Numbered from the stretch's first letter, positions 10,025 to 18,673 are shown. The stretch: DNA of 43,986 nt from Verrucomicrobiota bacterium (GCA_050011995.1 JBEKIA010000031.1:1-43986); one strand, 5' to 3'. The notes: generated from the letters alone by a model not told the origin. Program-made: numbers and translations.

Positions 10025-10504
10025 ATGAAGAGCATACTCGTAATTGATGACAACGACGACGTCAGATCCATTGTCACGAGCGTATTGCGCAATTTTGGAT
10101 TTGCGGTGCGCGAGGCCACCAGCGGGGAGTCCGCCATTCGCATGGCGCTGGCCGAGAAGCCGGACTTGATTATCAGCGACGTGCGCATGCCAGGGATGGA
10201 TGGGCATCGCTTGTTGAGCGCCATCCGCGAGTTGCAATCCACCGCCGCCATTCCCTTTATTCTGATGACCGGCTCTGGAAGCCACGAGGATTTCCGCCGC
10301 AGCATGGTCTGCGGGGCCGATGATTATTTGCAGAAGCCTTTCACGCCGGACGAGTTGATTGAGGCGGTGTTATCGCGCCTGATCCGCCAGACGGATTTGC
10401 AGATGGAGGCCTATAACCACGCCAACAGGTTGCGCCTGGCCGGGTCCGAACACCCTGCCCTCGACGGCGCCATCGCTGTGGCGGGCGGCCTGCGCGTCGT
10501 GTAA
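10025..10504 (+). CDS. Response regulator, receiver domain with a short C-terminal tail
   Basis: ILVIDD, IISDVRMPGMDG, LMTG and GADDYLQKPF motifs; no recognisable output domain. Confidence 0.9.
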   Translation: MKSILVIDDNDDVRSIVTSVLRNFGFAVREATSGESAIRMALAEKPDLIISDVRMPGMDGHRLLSAIRELQSTAAIPFILMTGSGSHEDFRRSMVCGADDYLQKPFTPDELIEAVLSRLIRQTDLQMEAYNHANRLRLAGSEHPALDGAIAVAGGLRVV

Positions 10505-10586
10505 AAAGGAATTACGAGGGCATGGCCGCCGGCGGCGAAACCGGAGGTTCGCCGGGCGACGTGGCGGGCGGGCGGGAGGGAGGGGC

Positions 10587-10883
10587 TCAGGCCGGCGGCG
10601 GAGGCGATTTCAAAACCCCTTCGCGCATTTCCTTGCCGGGCTTGAATTTGACGACGGCGCGCTGGGGAATCGCCACGTTCTTCTCCGGCTGGTTGGGATT
10701 GCGGCCGATGCGCGCCTTGCGAACCTTGACTTCAAAAACTCCAAAGTTGCGCAACTCGACGGTTTCCCTGGCCGCGACCGCCTCGCAAATGAGGTCCAGG
10801 GTGCGCTGCACCACTTCCAGGACTTTTTGCTGGACCTGGCCCGTTTCTTCGCTAATCCGGATTACGATATCACGCTTTGTCAT
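10587..10883 (-). CDS. HU/IHF-family DNA-binding protein
   Basis: MTKRD, VELRNFGVF, RIGRNP and VKFKPGK motifs. Confidence 0.93.
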   Translation of the reverse strand: MTKRDIVIRISEETGQVQQKVLEVVQRTLDLICEAVAARETVELRNFGVFEVKVRKARIGRNPNQPEKNVAIPQRAVVKFKPGKEMREGVLKSPPPPA

Positions 10884-10918
10884 AGCATTTAAACCACTGT
10901 GCGTACAGGACTTGTGTT

Positions 10919-10947
10919 ATTTAAGCGCGGCGGCGGCCTTTGGTCAA
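10919..10947 (-). promoter_or_regulatory. Putative sigma70 promoter of the HU gene (TTGACC-N17-TTAAAT)
   Basis: Hexamer match with 17-bp spacing, ~35 bp upstream of the start. Confidence 0.5.
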
Positions 10948-10990
10948 GCGGAGAGACGCGATTCTGTGGGATTTTCTGTAGTGGAAACCC

Positions 10991-11284
10991 TTAGCTCTCA
11001 ATCACCCCAATTTCGACCGGTTCCACTTTGATGCCCAGTTCCTCCAGCCATCGGATGGCGGCTTTGACGGCCGGGGGCGGGCCGCTCAATTCCAGGCAAA
11101 CGATGCCGATCTCATCGGTGACGCTGGCCTGGCGGACATTGGTGATGACCGGGAATTTGCGGCCCAGTTCCCAAATGACCGGCGTGGTGATGAACTTGGG
11201 CGGATACATCAGCCAGAGGCGCGTTTGCGCCGGCGCTGTTGCGGGACCGCCTTTGGGCTTTGGTTTGATTTTTCTGGCTGGCAT
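10991..11284 (-). CDS. NIL-domain protein
   Basis: LxYP...PVIWELGRKF.V.TNVRQA.V....GIVCLEL pattern. Start is ATG 11284 or the coupled GTG 11338. Confidence 0.8.
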   Translation of the reverse strand: MPARKIKPKPKGGPATAPAQTRLWLMYPPKFITTPVIWELGRKFPVITNVRQASVTDEIGIVCLELSGPPPAVKAAIRWLEELGIKVEPVEIGVIES

Positions 11285-11334
11285 AAGCGTCTCTTCTTCC
11301 GGCTTCCTAATTCCCAATCTGGCTTCCCCATTCC

Positions 11335-11610
11335 TCACCCTCCCGCGATGGCGGGAATGATGCTCACTTCATCGCCCTCCTTCAGGGCCGTTTCCTGGTT
11401 TTGCAGAAACCGGATGTCTTCCTCGTTGACATAGACGTTGACGAAGCGGCGGATGCCGCCGGTCTCATCCACCAGACGTTCCCGGATGCCGGGGAAGCGT
11501 TTCTGCAATTCGGCAATCGCCTCCCCGATGGTGGCGGCGTTGACTTCGATCAGCTCCTCGTTGTTGGTCAACTTGCGGAGCGGCGTTGGGATTCGCACTT
11601 TCTTTGGCAT
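11335..11610 (-). CDS. MoaD/ThiS/CysO-like ubiquitin-fold sulfur carrier
   Basis: IPTPLR, RRFVNVYVNEEDIR and C-terminal PAIAGG. Confidence 0.92.
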   Translation of the reverse strand: MPKKVRIPTPLRKLTNNEELIEVNAATIGEAIAELQKRFPGIRERLVDETGGIRRFVNVYVNEEDIRFLQNQETALKEGDEVSIIPAIAGG

Positions 11611-11696
11611 AAATATAAAATCCGCGCTTCAAAACCTTCCGAAAAGAGAGCACGAGCCGCGCCCGGCGCCGCCCGTCCTCCCTCTCCGTTTTCCCA

Positions 11697-11725
11697 ATCT
11701 TGCCGCCGCAGACAGTCTGATTCAA
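11697..11725 (-). promoter_or_regulatory. Putative sigma70 promoter of the moaD-like/NIL operon (TTGAAT-N17-CAAGAT)
   Basis: Hexamer match with 17-bp spacing. Confidence 0.4.
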
Positions 11726-11751
11726 GACTTTTTCATCCCCCTGCCTGCCGC

Positions 11752-11885
11752 GGGGCGCATTCACTTTTTTGGGTTTCCCCTCGTAATCTTAATCTTAATC
11801 CTAATCCTGCCCCGCCTTCTCCGAACAAGATTAAGATTAGGATTAGGATTAGGAAAAAACCACCCCAAAAAGTGGAATGCGCCCC
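11752..11885 (-). repeat. Palindromic REP/MITE-like element with hexamer arms, copy B
   Basis: Terminal inverted repeats GGGGCGCATTCACTTTTTTGGG / CCCCAAAAAGTGGAATGCGCCCC enclose complementary AATCTT/AAGATT arrays. Abuts the stop at 11886. Confidence 0.88.
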
Positions 11886-13523
11886 CTACCGCGTGTAAAG
11901 CGTCACATGCAGCGCGACGGGGTTTTTGCCGAATTTCGGCCCGCCGTTGTCCGTCTCATCGCCATTCCAGATGCGCAGGGGCTTGAACTTGCCGTTCTCG
12001 TAGCTGACTTCCTCGACCCGCAGATAATGCCATTCCTTTCCCGCTTTCGGGCCAATGGGGCGAAACGTCAGCCTGGCCGAGGAGCCGATGCACATAAGCT
12101 CATTCTCCCCAAGCTGCGCCACCAGCAACTGCCCAACCGCCGGCTGCGTGTTGGTCGTCGCGCCGCGGCCCGCCCTGCCCCCCGGTCCGAAGCTCACGTT
12201 TGCCTGCCAGGAGCCCAGATCGAGCGTCTGCGCGGCGTGGTCATCGTGCTCGATGGCGGCTTGGAGCTTGCCCTCAAAGGACCAGCGCGCCAACTCGCGC
12301 ATCATCGGGCCAAGCAGCGCGTAGTTGGCTGAAAAGGGCGCCAGCCGCTCGGCCGTTCGCTGGGCTGTCTCCCCGCTGCCGTTATCATCCAGCGGGCCGG
12401 TGCAAAAGCCTATGGAACCATGCGCCATGACCGCAAAAAGCATCCGCCCGAACTCCACGCCCTCGCCGATTTCCGGGATCATGAGGGGATTGTCCGGCCG
12501 GTTGTAGAGGTCGAGAACTTTGAGCTGGCGCGGACTGTCGGAGAGGTAAATGTCCGGCGCAACCAGGTCCAGCGCCGGGGCGGCCAATCTCCAGATCGGG
12601 ATCACGTTGTCCGTCGGGCCACCGCTTTCGTAGCCGCCGGCCTTGGGATTGCTCAACGGGTCGCGCAACGCCGCGTTGGCGTAGAGCGGCAGCGGATAGG
12701 CCGCCTTGCCCGCCGCCGCCACCCGCCCGACGTAATGCGCCACCCAATAAGCCTGGAAAAACTCGTCGGCATCGTCGCCAAACACCGCCGGCCAGTTCGC
12801 GCCCGCCGCGGCGGGGGCCTCCTTTTTCAACTCCTTGAGCAACTTCGGCTGGAGCATTTCCGCCGGCACCGGCGATTCAAAGATCTTCTGGGCCGCCGGA
12901 GAATAATCCCGCACCGAGCCCCACGCGCCGCTTTCATTTTCCACCTGAACCATCAACACGGTGTGCTGCGGGTCGGCTTGTTTGAGGTGGCCCATGAATG
13001 CCGCGAAAGCCGTCGCATCCAACTCCATCGCCGCCTGCGTGTGCGGCGAGGGCGAATCCACCGGACGGCCGTTGCGCCCGGTGATATTGGGATACTTGAC
13101 GCCCGCCTCCAGCTTCATCCACTCCGGCAGGTAGTGGGCGCTGCCATTTTTCCAGGTGGCGAACCACAACAAGACCAGGCGAACGTTGTGCCGGCGGGCT
13201 TCCTTGAGCAGCGTGTCCACGACGGAAAAATCGAATTTCCCCCGCGCCGGCTCGATTTGCTCCCAATAGACGGGCATCTCCACCGTGTTGGCGTGGATGG
13301 TCTCGACCGCCCTCCACACCTCCGGCAACTGGCTGGGCCAGGCGCTGGAGTTATTGATCTGCCCCGCGAACATGAAGAACGGCTGCCCGTCCACCAGGAG
13401 CGCGTGCCGCCCGTTTTGCTCCACGATCTTTGGCAGGTCCGCCGCCTGTCCGCGCACCGCGGCCAGCGACGCCAAAATCCCGGCGCAGGCGAGCCATTTT
13501 GTCCACTGCGATTGATGCAACAT
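11886..13523 (-). CDS. Secreted GH35-like beta-galactosidase (DUF5597-type C-terminus)
   Basis: Signal peptide; ANTVEMPVYWEQIEP, WFATWKNG, MVQVENE (acid/base), APDIY and LMIPE (nucleophile); GGAAGGAG RBS. Confidence 0.88.
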   Translation of the reverse strand: MLHQSQWTKWLACAGILASLAAVRGQAADLPKIVEQNGRHALLVDGQPFFMFAGQINNSSAWPSQLPEVWRAVETIHANTVEMPVYWEQIEPARGKFDFSVVDTLLKEARRHNVRLVLLWFATWKNGSAHYLPEWMKLEAGVKYPNITGRNGRPVDSPSPHTQAAMELDATAFAAFMGHLKQADPQHTVLMVQVENESGAWGSVRDYSPAAQKIFESPVPAEMLQPKLLKELKKEAPAAAGANWPAVFGDDADEFFQAYWVAHYVGRVAAAGKAAYPLPLYANAALRDPLSNPKAGGYESGGPTDNVIPIWRLAAPALDLVAPDIYLSDSPRQLKVLDLYNRPDNPLMIPEIGEGVEFGRMLFAVMAHGSIGFCTGPLDDNGSGETAQRTAERLAPFSANYALLGPMMRELARWSFEGKLQAAIEHDDHAAQTLDLGSWQANVSFGPGGRAGRGATTNTQPAVGQLLVAQLGENELMCIGSSARLTFRPIGPKAGKEWHYLRVEEVSYENGKFKPLRIWNGDETDNGGPKFGKNPVALHVTLYTR

Positions 13524-13526
13524 AAG

Positions 13527-13680
13527 TCATCTCCTTCCTATGGGCGGGAATTCGCTTTTTCGCGCCGCCCATTTGTTGATGCCGCGCGGGTGAGGGGCGC
13601 GGCGCGCGTGAGGGGAAATTGGTTCTTCGCTCACACTCATTCTGAGGGCATGGTGTGGGAGAGACCGGAGATTGTCAACC
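13527..13680 (-). promoter_or_regulatory. Conserved promoter-leader element, copy 3 (TTGACA-N17-CACCAT), containing a 37-codon uORF (13640-13527)
   Basis: -35 at 13673-13678 and -10 at 13650-13655. The uORF MSVSEEPISPHARRAPHPRGINKWAARKSEFPPIGRR stops 3 bp before the GH35 ATG. Confidence 0.7.
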
Positions 13681-13878
13681 ATGATTTATTGGGGCGATGA
13701 TTACGGGCGTTTTTTTGACGTGTTTATCGGACACGGCGCCGTGGTGGATTTGCGTCCGCTGCGCCAAAAACAAATTGGAAATAACGGCCGCCACCCGGAG
13801 CCGGTGCTGCTGTCGGAGTTCTGAAATCGCCGAAGCGGGACGAATGCGACCCCAATTCCCGTTGCCTCCGTGCCTGGC

Positions 13879-14418
13879 TCAGTCGCGGCGCGGCCCATTC
13901 CGGTCGCCGGCCAGGCGCCGCGCGGCGGCCAGAACCCGCAAGGCGATGGGCCGGAGAACCCGGCGCAAGGCCGGAGTCATGCGGGGGCTGACGGTGAACG
14001 GGTCCTGGACTTCAATCGCGAATATCTTGATCCGGCGCGGAACCGGCAAGCCCAACTGCCTGCCCAGCGCCACCATTTCTCCCACCCCTAGAAAATGCGG
14101 GGACACCATCGGCAGGACCTTGAGCTGGCTGCCGTCCAATTCATGGAGAAAGCCGGGGGGCGACTGTCCGGTCTGCACGGCGTCCACCAGAACCAAGTCC
14201 TCAAAGCCCGCGATGTAATCCAGAAGGGCCAGCCCCATTTCCGAAGTTTCCTGGACCTCAATCCCGTCGGAGCCGGAGAGGCGCCGCCTGATTTCCCGCG
14301 CAACGCGCAATCCCACCGCATCGTCGCTCAGAATGTCGTTGCCCAGGCCGAGCACCAGAACGGGTTTCTTGCGGGGCGGCGTTTTGCGCGGCGGCCTTTG
14401 CGGCGAAGTCGTTGCCAT
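13879..14418 (-). CDS. Second hydrogenase maturation protease (HycI/HyaD family)
   Basis: VLGLGNDILSDDAVG, LVDA and SPH motifs. Confidence 0.9.
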   Translation of the reverse strand: MATTSPQRPPRKTPPRKKPVLVLGLGNDILSDDAVGLRVAREIRRRLSGSDGIEVQETSEMGLALLDYIAGFEDLVLVDAVQTGQSPPGFLHELDGSQLKVLPMVSPHFLGVGEMVALGRQLGLPVPRRIKIFAIEVQDPFTVSPRMTPALRRVLRPIALRVLAAARRLAGDRNGPRRD

Positions 14419-14570
14419 GCTTCCATCTTGAGCCAAACATGTCCCATTTCAATGCCATTCCGGTTCCGTTGTTTTTTGAGAAAGTTTATGGCGGAATTGG
14501 CCAGGCGGAGACGCGGTGTAGATTAGACTATGGATTTGGAGCCTTGTGCATTAGTCTGGAGCAGGAAGGA

Positions 14571-16052
14571 ATGAATTTTCGAGCCAGATTGTATAAGCCG
14601 GTTTTGGCCGTGTTGGCGGCGGCCCTGTTTTGCGGCTCCTCGCAAATGCAGGGGCGGCTGAACCTGGACCGCGCGAAATATGGCTTCACGCGGCTGACGG
14701 TCCTGTCCAACGCCCCGCCGCTGCTGGCGTTCACCACCATGGCCCTGGGCGGATTCCGCGGTCTGATCTCCAACGCCCTGTGGATTCGGGCCAACGAGCT
14801 GCAGGATCAGGAGCGGTATTTTGAATTGGTGCAGTTGTCCGACTGGATTGCCAAGCTGGAGCCGCATTTCACCGAGGTTTGGCAGGAGGAGGCCTGGAAC
14901 ATGGCCTACAACATTTCTGTCAAGTGCAAGGACTTCGAGGACCGCTGGCGCTGGGTGCGGCGCGGCATGGATCTGCTGCACGAGGGCCTGAAATACAACC
15001 CCGGCGAAAGCGGCATCTACAAGGACCTTTCCTGGATTTTCCGCCATAAAATCGGCATGAACCTGGACGATGCCCACATGCTCTACAAGCTCCGCTGGGC
15101 CCAGCAAATGCAGAGCGTCCTGGGCGGCCATCCCGACTTTGCCGCCTTGCTCCATCCGCAGACCCCGGCGGAGCGGGAACGGGTCCGAAAATTGCGCGAG
15201 GATTATCAAATGGACCCGGCGTTCATCCAGGAAATTGACCAGACCTACGGGCCGCTGGACTGGCGCCTGCCCGACGCCCACGCCATTTACTGGGCGGACC
15301 TGGGCGTGCGCAACGGGACGCAGGAGGACAAGAACATCATCCGCCGCCAAGCCTACGCCATCATGCAGCAGGCCTGCCGGCGGGGCGGCGCCCTGCCCCC
15401 GTGGGTCACGAATGTCACCGAGGACAATTTCATTCTGTGGCCCAATTTGGACCTGGTGCCCAAGGTTAACGCCGCCTACGAGCGGACCCTGCTCGAAGTG
15501 GGGCCGGACCAGAAGTTCGTCGTGCTGACCGCCCAAAAGAATTTCCTCAAGACCGCCGTCGTCCTCCTGTTTGAATATAACCGCACCCGGGAGGCGTCGC
15601 ATTGGTTCAACTATCTGAAGGAGAACTTCACCAACGCCCTGGTCGGCGACGAAACCAATCTGACCGTCGAAGGCTACGCCTTCAAGGAAATCCAGTCGCA
15701 AATTCTCGAGCTAAATCCAGACCAGGCGACCGCGTTCATCATGGGCGAGATCGCGCAAGAGTACCTTTGCTTGATCGGGGGCGCCGATGACCAGGCCGAA
15801 AACTTCAGCCGGACGGCGGCGGCGGTCTGGCAGGGCTACAAGAACAAGCTTCCGAAAAATACAAAGGAAAACGCCGCGCGCATCGCCCTTCCTCCAATGG
15901 AGAAATTAAGGGCGAACGAGCTGGAGCGGTTGGAAAGCGAACTGACTCCGTCGGCCGCGGCCTTCCTGCGCAACAGGCTTGGCTTGGGGCCGAGGGTGCC
16001 GGCCTCTCCGACTCCCAACCCGTCCCCTCCGGCCGGCGGGGGAGGCGCCTAA
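14571..16052 (+). CDS. Conserved hypothetical alpha-helical protein, probably membrane-anchored or exported
   Basis: Long GC3-biased ORF with a GGAAGGA RBS and hydrophobic N-terminus. LGGFRGL..NALW and AWNMAYNISV segments resemble PVC-group hypothetical proteins (from memory, not searched). Confidence 0.75.
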   Translation: MNFRARLYKPVLAVLAAALFCGSSQMQGRLNLDRAKYGFTRLTVLSNAPPLLAFTTMALGGFRGLISNALWIRANELQDQERYFELVQLSDWIAKLEPHFTEVWQEEAWNMAYNISVKCKDFEDRWRWVRRGMDLLHEGLKYNPGESGIYKDLSWIFRHKIGMNLDDAHMLYKLRWAQQMQSVLGGHPDFAALLHPQTPAERERVRKLREDYQMDPAFIQEIDQTYGPLDWRLPDAHAIYWADLGVRNGTQEDKNIIRRQAYAIMQQACRRGGALPPWVTNVTEDNFILWPNLDLVPKVNAAYERTLLEVGPDQKFVVLTAQKNFLKTAVVLLFEYNRTREASHWFNYLKENFTNALVGDETNLTVEGYAFKEIQSQILELNPDQATAFIMGEIAQEYLCLIGGADDQAENFSRTAAAVWQGYKNKLPKNTKENAARIALPPMEKLRANELERLESELTPSAAAFLRNRLGLGPRVPASPTPNPSPPAGGGGA

Positions 16053-16462
16053 CCCAGGCGGAAGGAAATTCGGCGAATCAACTCCCGCCCGAAACTGTTC
16101 TGCAGCCGTTCCAGGATTTCGCGGCGCCGGTAGCGCACGATCTCGTCCAGCCAAACGCTGCTGTCCACATTGACGAATAACGTGCCGCGGCGGATTCCCG
16201 CCGGCTGGGCGTGCGCCACGATGTTGGGGTCCATCTGGCTGCGCCAAACGTGCAAAATCTCCGCCTCCGCCTGGCGCCGCTCCAGGCGCAAATCCGCCAG
16301 CACGCGGGGCAGGATGGCGGCGGCTTTTTTGCCGGAGGCTTGCCGCGCGATTTCTTCGCCGCTCCAATTCCAGCCGCGCCACTGCGCCAGCGCCCGCTGC
16401 CGGGGCGAGGAAAGCGGCGGCGGGGAACGACGCGGGGGAAAGGAAAACGGGCCGCTGGACAT
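16049..16462 (-). CDS. DUF721/DciA-family protein (putative replicative helicase loader)
   Basis: W...M...I..HAQP......TLFVNVDSSVWL.E...IRRISF pattern. Confidence 0.8.
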   Translation of the reverse strand: MSSGPFSFPPRRSPPPLSSPRQRALAQWRGWNWSGEEIARQASGKKAAAILPRVLADLRLERRQAEAEILHVWRSQMDPNIVAHAQPAGIRRGTLFVNVDSSVWLDEIVRYRRREILERLQNSFGRELIRRISFRLG

Positions 16463-16471
16463 GGGGTGGGA

Positions 16472-18583
16472 TCAAACCGCCGGCCGCGCCGCCGGCCGGC
16501 CGCCGGGGTCTTGGGCCGGGGCGGCGGAATCGCCGGCGCGGATTTCGTCCAGCACAAGGATTCCGTGGGGGGGCAGGTCGTAGTTGCCGGAGAAGGTCCG
16601 CTCGGTGAGGAAATCGTGCATCGGTTTGTAAAAGGTGATGCGCACCGCGGCGGCCTGGTGGTTGAGCAGGAAAAAGATTTTCGTCCCCGCTTTCTCGCGC
16701 ATGCTCACCTCCACCGTGTCGGGCACCTTGAGCAAGGGATGCAAGGCGCACATCGCGCGCAGCCAGTCAATCAAATCATAGTAAAAAGGCTGGTCGGAAA
16801 CCGTGCCGATGTAGATGGCCTTGCCCAGGCCGAATTCGTTCATGGTGACGGCGGGGCGGCTGGCATAAAAATCCTGGGTGTAAGTGGCCAGAACCTGGCA
16901 GCCGGCGGGCGCGATGACATCGCACCAGAGGCGCGCCCGGTGGGGATGGTTGGCGTGAAAGACGCCTTTGAAGGCGAGATGATTCTCATGATCGGCCGCA
17001 ATCGGATCAAACTCCAACACTTCCAGCCCGAACAAATCGGTCATGTTGAATGGAAAACCGTCCCCGGAGGCGATGTGGTGCTCATCCACCAGCCCGGAGT
17101 TGCAGGTGGCCACCAGCGTTCCGCCGTTTTGCACGTACAGCTTGAGCGCGTCGGTTTCCGCGGCGGCCAGCAGGCTCAGGGAAGGGGCGAGCACCAGCTT
17201 GTAGCGGGACAGATCGTCCGCCGGCCGGGCGAAATCCACCGCGATATTGCGGTCGTGCAGCGCGCTGTGGAACAAATGCACATGGTTGCGCAGGCTGAAA
17301 TGGGCGTTGGGCTGGCGCGGGAGGGAGAGCGCCCAATCGTTCTCATGGCTGTAAAGAATGCACGCTTCGGCCGCCACCTTGGTGCCTTCCAAGGCGGGGG
17401 CCAGCCGTTTGATTTCCTCGCCGATCTGGCTGATTTCCTTGTAAACCCGGTTGTCCCCGCGTCCGTTGTGGGTCAGGATGGCCCCGTAAAACTTCTCCGT
17501 CCCGATGCGCGGCTGCCGCCAAAAGAAATAGAGCACGGCATCGGCGCCGCGCGAGAGCAGTTGGTAAGTGAACAGACGCACCACTCCGGGACGGACCAGG
17601 GAATTGACCTCCTGCCAGTTGACGTGCCCGGCCCGCTGCTCGATCACCCAAAAGCCCTCCTCGCCCCCGGGCGCTTTGCCGCCGCTTTTCTTGAGGGAAC
17701 GGAGAAAGTCTATTTGACAAGCATTGACGGCGGGTTTGGACTCGATGGTGGCGTCGCTGTTGAGCGAAACGAAGTCCAGCGCGCCCGCCAGATCGAAAAG
17801 GTCCACCTGATGGCCGAAGACGCGCAGGTTGCTGGTGGTCGGGGCGCGCGGCGTCAGTTCCCGCAGCAAATCCGCCTGCATCCGCACAAAAGCCACGATG
17901 GTATCGCTGCAAAAACGCCGCCAATCCATGAGCAAGGCGGGGTTATGCGGGGCCGGGGCCGCCATGGGCATCGGCACCTGCGACCACTCCGTGACCACCT
18001 GGCCCCAAAACCGCAGGCCCATCAGGTCATTGAGCCGCCCGATCTCTCCATATTTGGCCTCCAGCCAGGCCTGCCAATCCCGGCGCGTCTCCTGATTGAA
18101 GCAAGGCAGGGTGGAATGGATGCCGGCGTTGTTGTGGATTTGCCAGGCAATGAGCTGGGGATGTTTGCCCAGCGCCTCCGCCATGGCGCGGACAATTTTC
18201 TTGGAATAATCCCAGTAGAGATCGCTGTTCAAACAGCAGGCCAGCCGCGTGCCGTCGCTCATCGCAAGGCCCCGCTCGTCCACGGGCAGGATTTCTGGAT
18301 GCTGGCGGGTCAGCCAGAGAGGCGGGGCGGCGGTGGGCGTGCCCAGCACCACCTGGATGCCGACTTCCCCCATCAGATCCATCACGCGCTCCAGCCAGGC
18401 GAAATCGAATTGCCCCTCCCGGGGTTCGCATATTCCCCAGGCGAACTCGCCCATGCGCACACAGTTGATGCCGGCGGACAGCATCAATTCGATGTCCTTT
18501 TTCCAGCGGGCCTCCGGTTCCTCGGGCGAACCCGCGTAAGGGTGGACCCAGTGCTCTGGATGGTAGTCGGCTCCGAAATACAT
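16472..18583 (-). CDS. GH42 beta-galactosidase-like protein with acid/base Glu replaced by Asn
   Basis: GADYHPEHW, RMGEFAW..EP, GTPTAAPP.W and FWVIEQ motifs plus trimerisation domain. WQIHNN occupies the place of WQIDNE. Confidence 0.88.
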   Translation of the reverse strand: MYFGADYHPEHWVHPYAGSPEEPEARWKKDIELMLSAGINCVRMGEFAWGICEPREGQFDFAWLERVMDLMGEVGIQVVLGTPTAAPPLWLTRQHPEILPVDERGLAMSDGTRLACCLNSDLYWDYSKKIVRAMAEALGKHPQLIAWQIHNNAGIHSTLPCFNQETRRDWQAWLEAKYGEIGRLNDLMGLRFWGQVVTEWSQVPMPMAAPAPHNPALLMDWRRFCSDTIVAFVRMQADLLRELTPRAPTTSNLRVFGHQVDLFDLAGALDFVSLNSDATIESKPAVNACQIDFLRSLKKSGGKAPGGEEGFWVIEQRAGHVNWQEVNSLVRPGVVRLFTYQLLSRGADAVLYFFWRQPRIGTEKFYGAILTHNGRGDNRVYKEISQIGEEIKRLAPALEGTKVAAEACILYSHENDWALSLPRQPNAHFSLRNHVHLFHSALHDRNIAVDFARPADDLSRYKLVLAPSLSLLAAAETDALKLYVQNGGTLVATCNSGLVDEHHIASGDGFPFNMTDLFGLEVLEFDPIAADHENHLAFKGVFHANHPHRARLWCDVIAPAGCQVLATYTQDFYASRPAVTMNEFGLGKAIYIGTVSDQPFYYDLIDWLRAMCALHPLLKVPDTVEVSMREKAGTKIFFLLNHQAAAVRITFYKPMHDFLTERTFSGNYDLPPHGILVLDEIRAGDSAAPAQDPGGRPAARPAV

Positions 18584-18644
18584 GAGTTTGATCGGTCCGT
18601 GTGGACACAATTTCAGCGCAGCGCGCCCACCGGTGTCTCTTGCA

Positions 18645-18673
18645 ACCATAACTCCGCCGCCCCTCCCGCGCAA
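18645..18673 (-). promoter_or_regulatory. Putative sigma70 promoter of the GH42-DUF721 genes (TTGCGC-N17-TATGGT)
   Basis: Hexamer match; supports the ATG at 18583 over the ORF-track start at 18709. Confidence 0.45.

Noticed and set aside
9122-11885. Hexamer repeat elements as a CRISPR array or telomere-like repeat
   Set aside because: There is no repeat-spacer periodicity and no cas genes; the units are contiguous and arranged as inverted arms.
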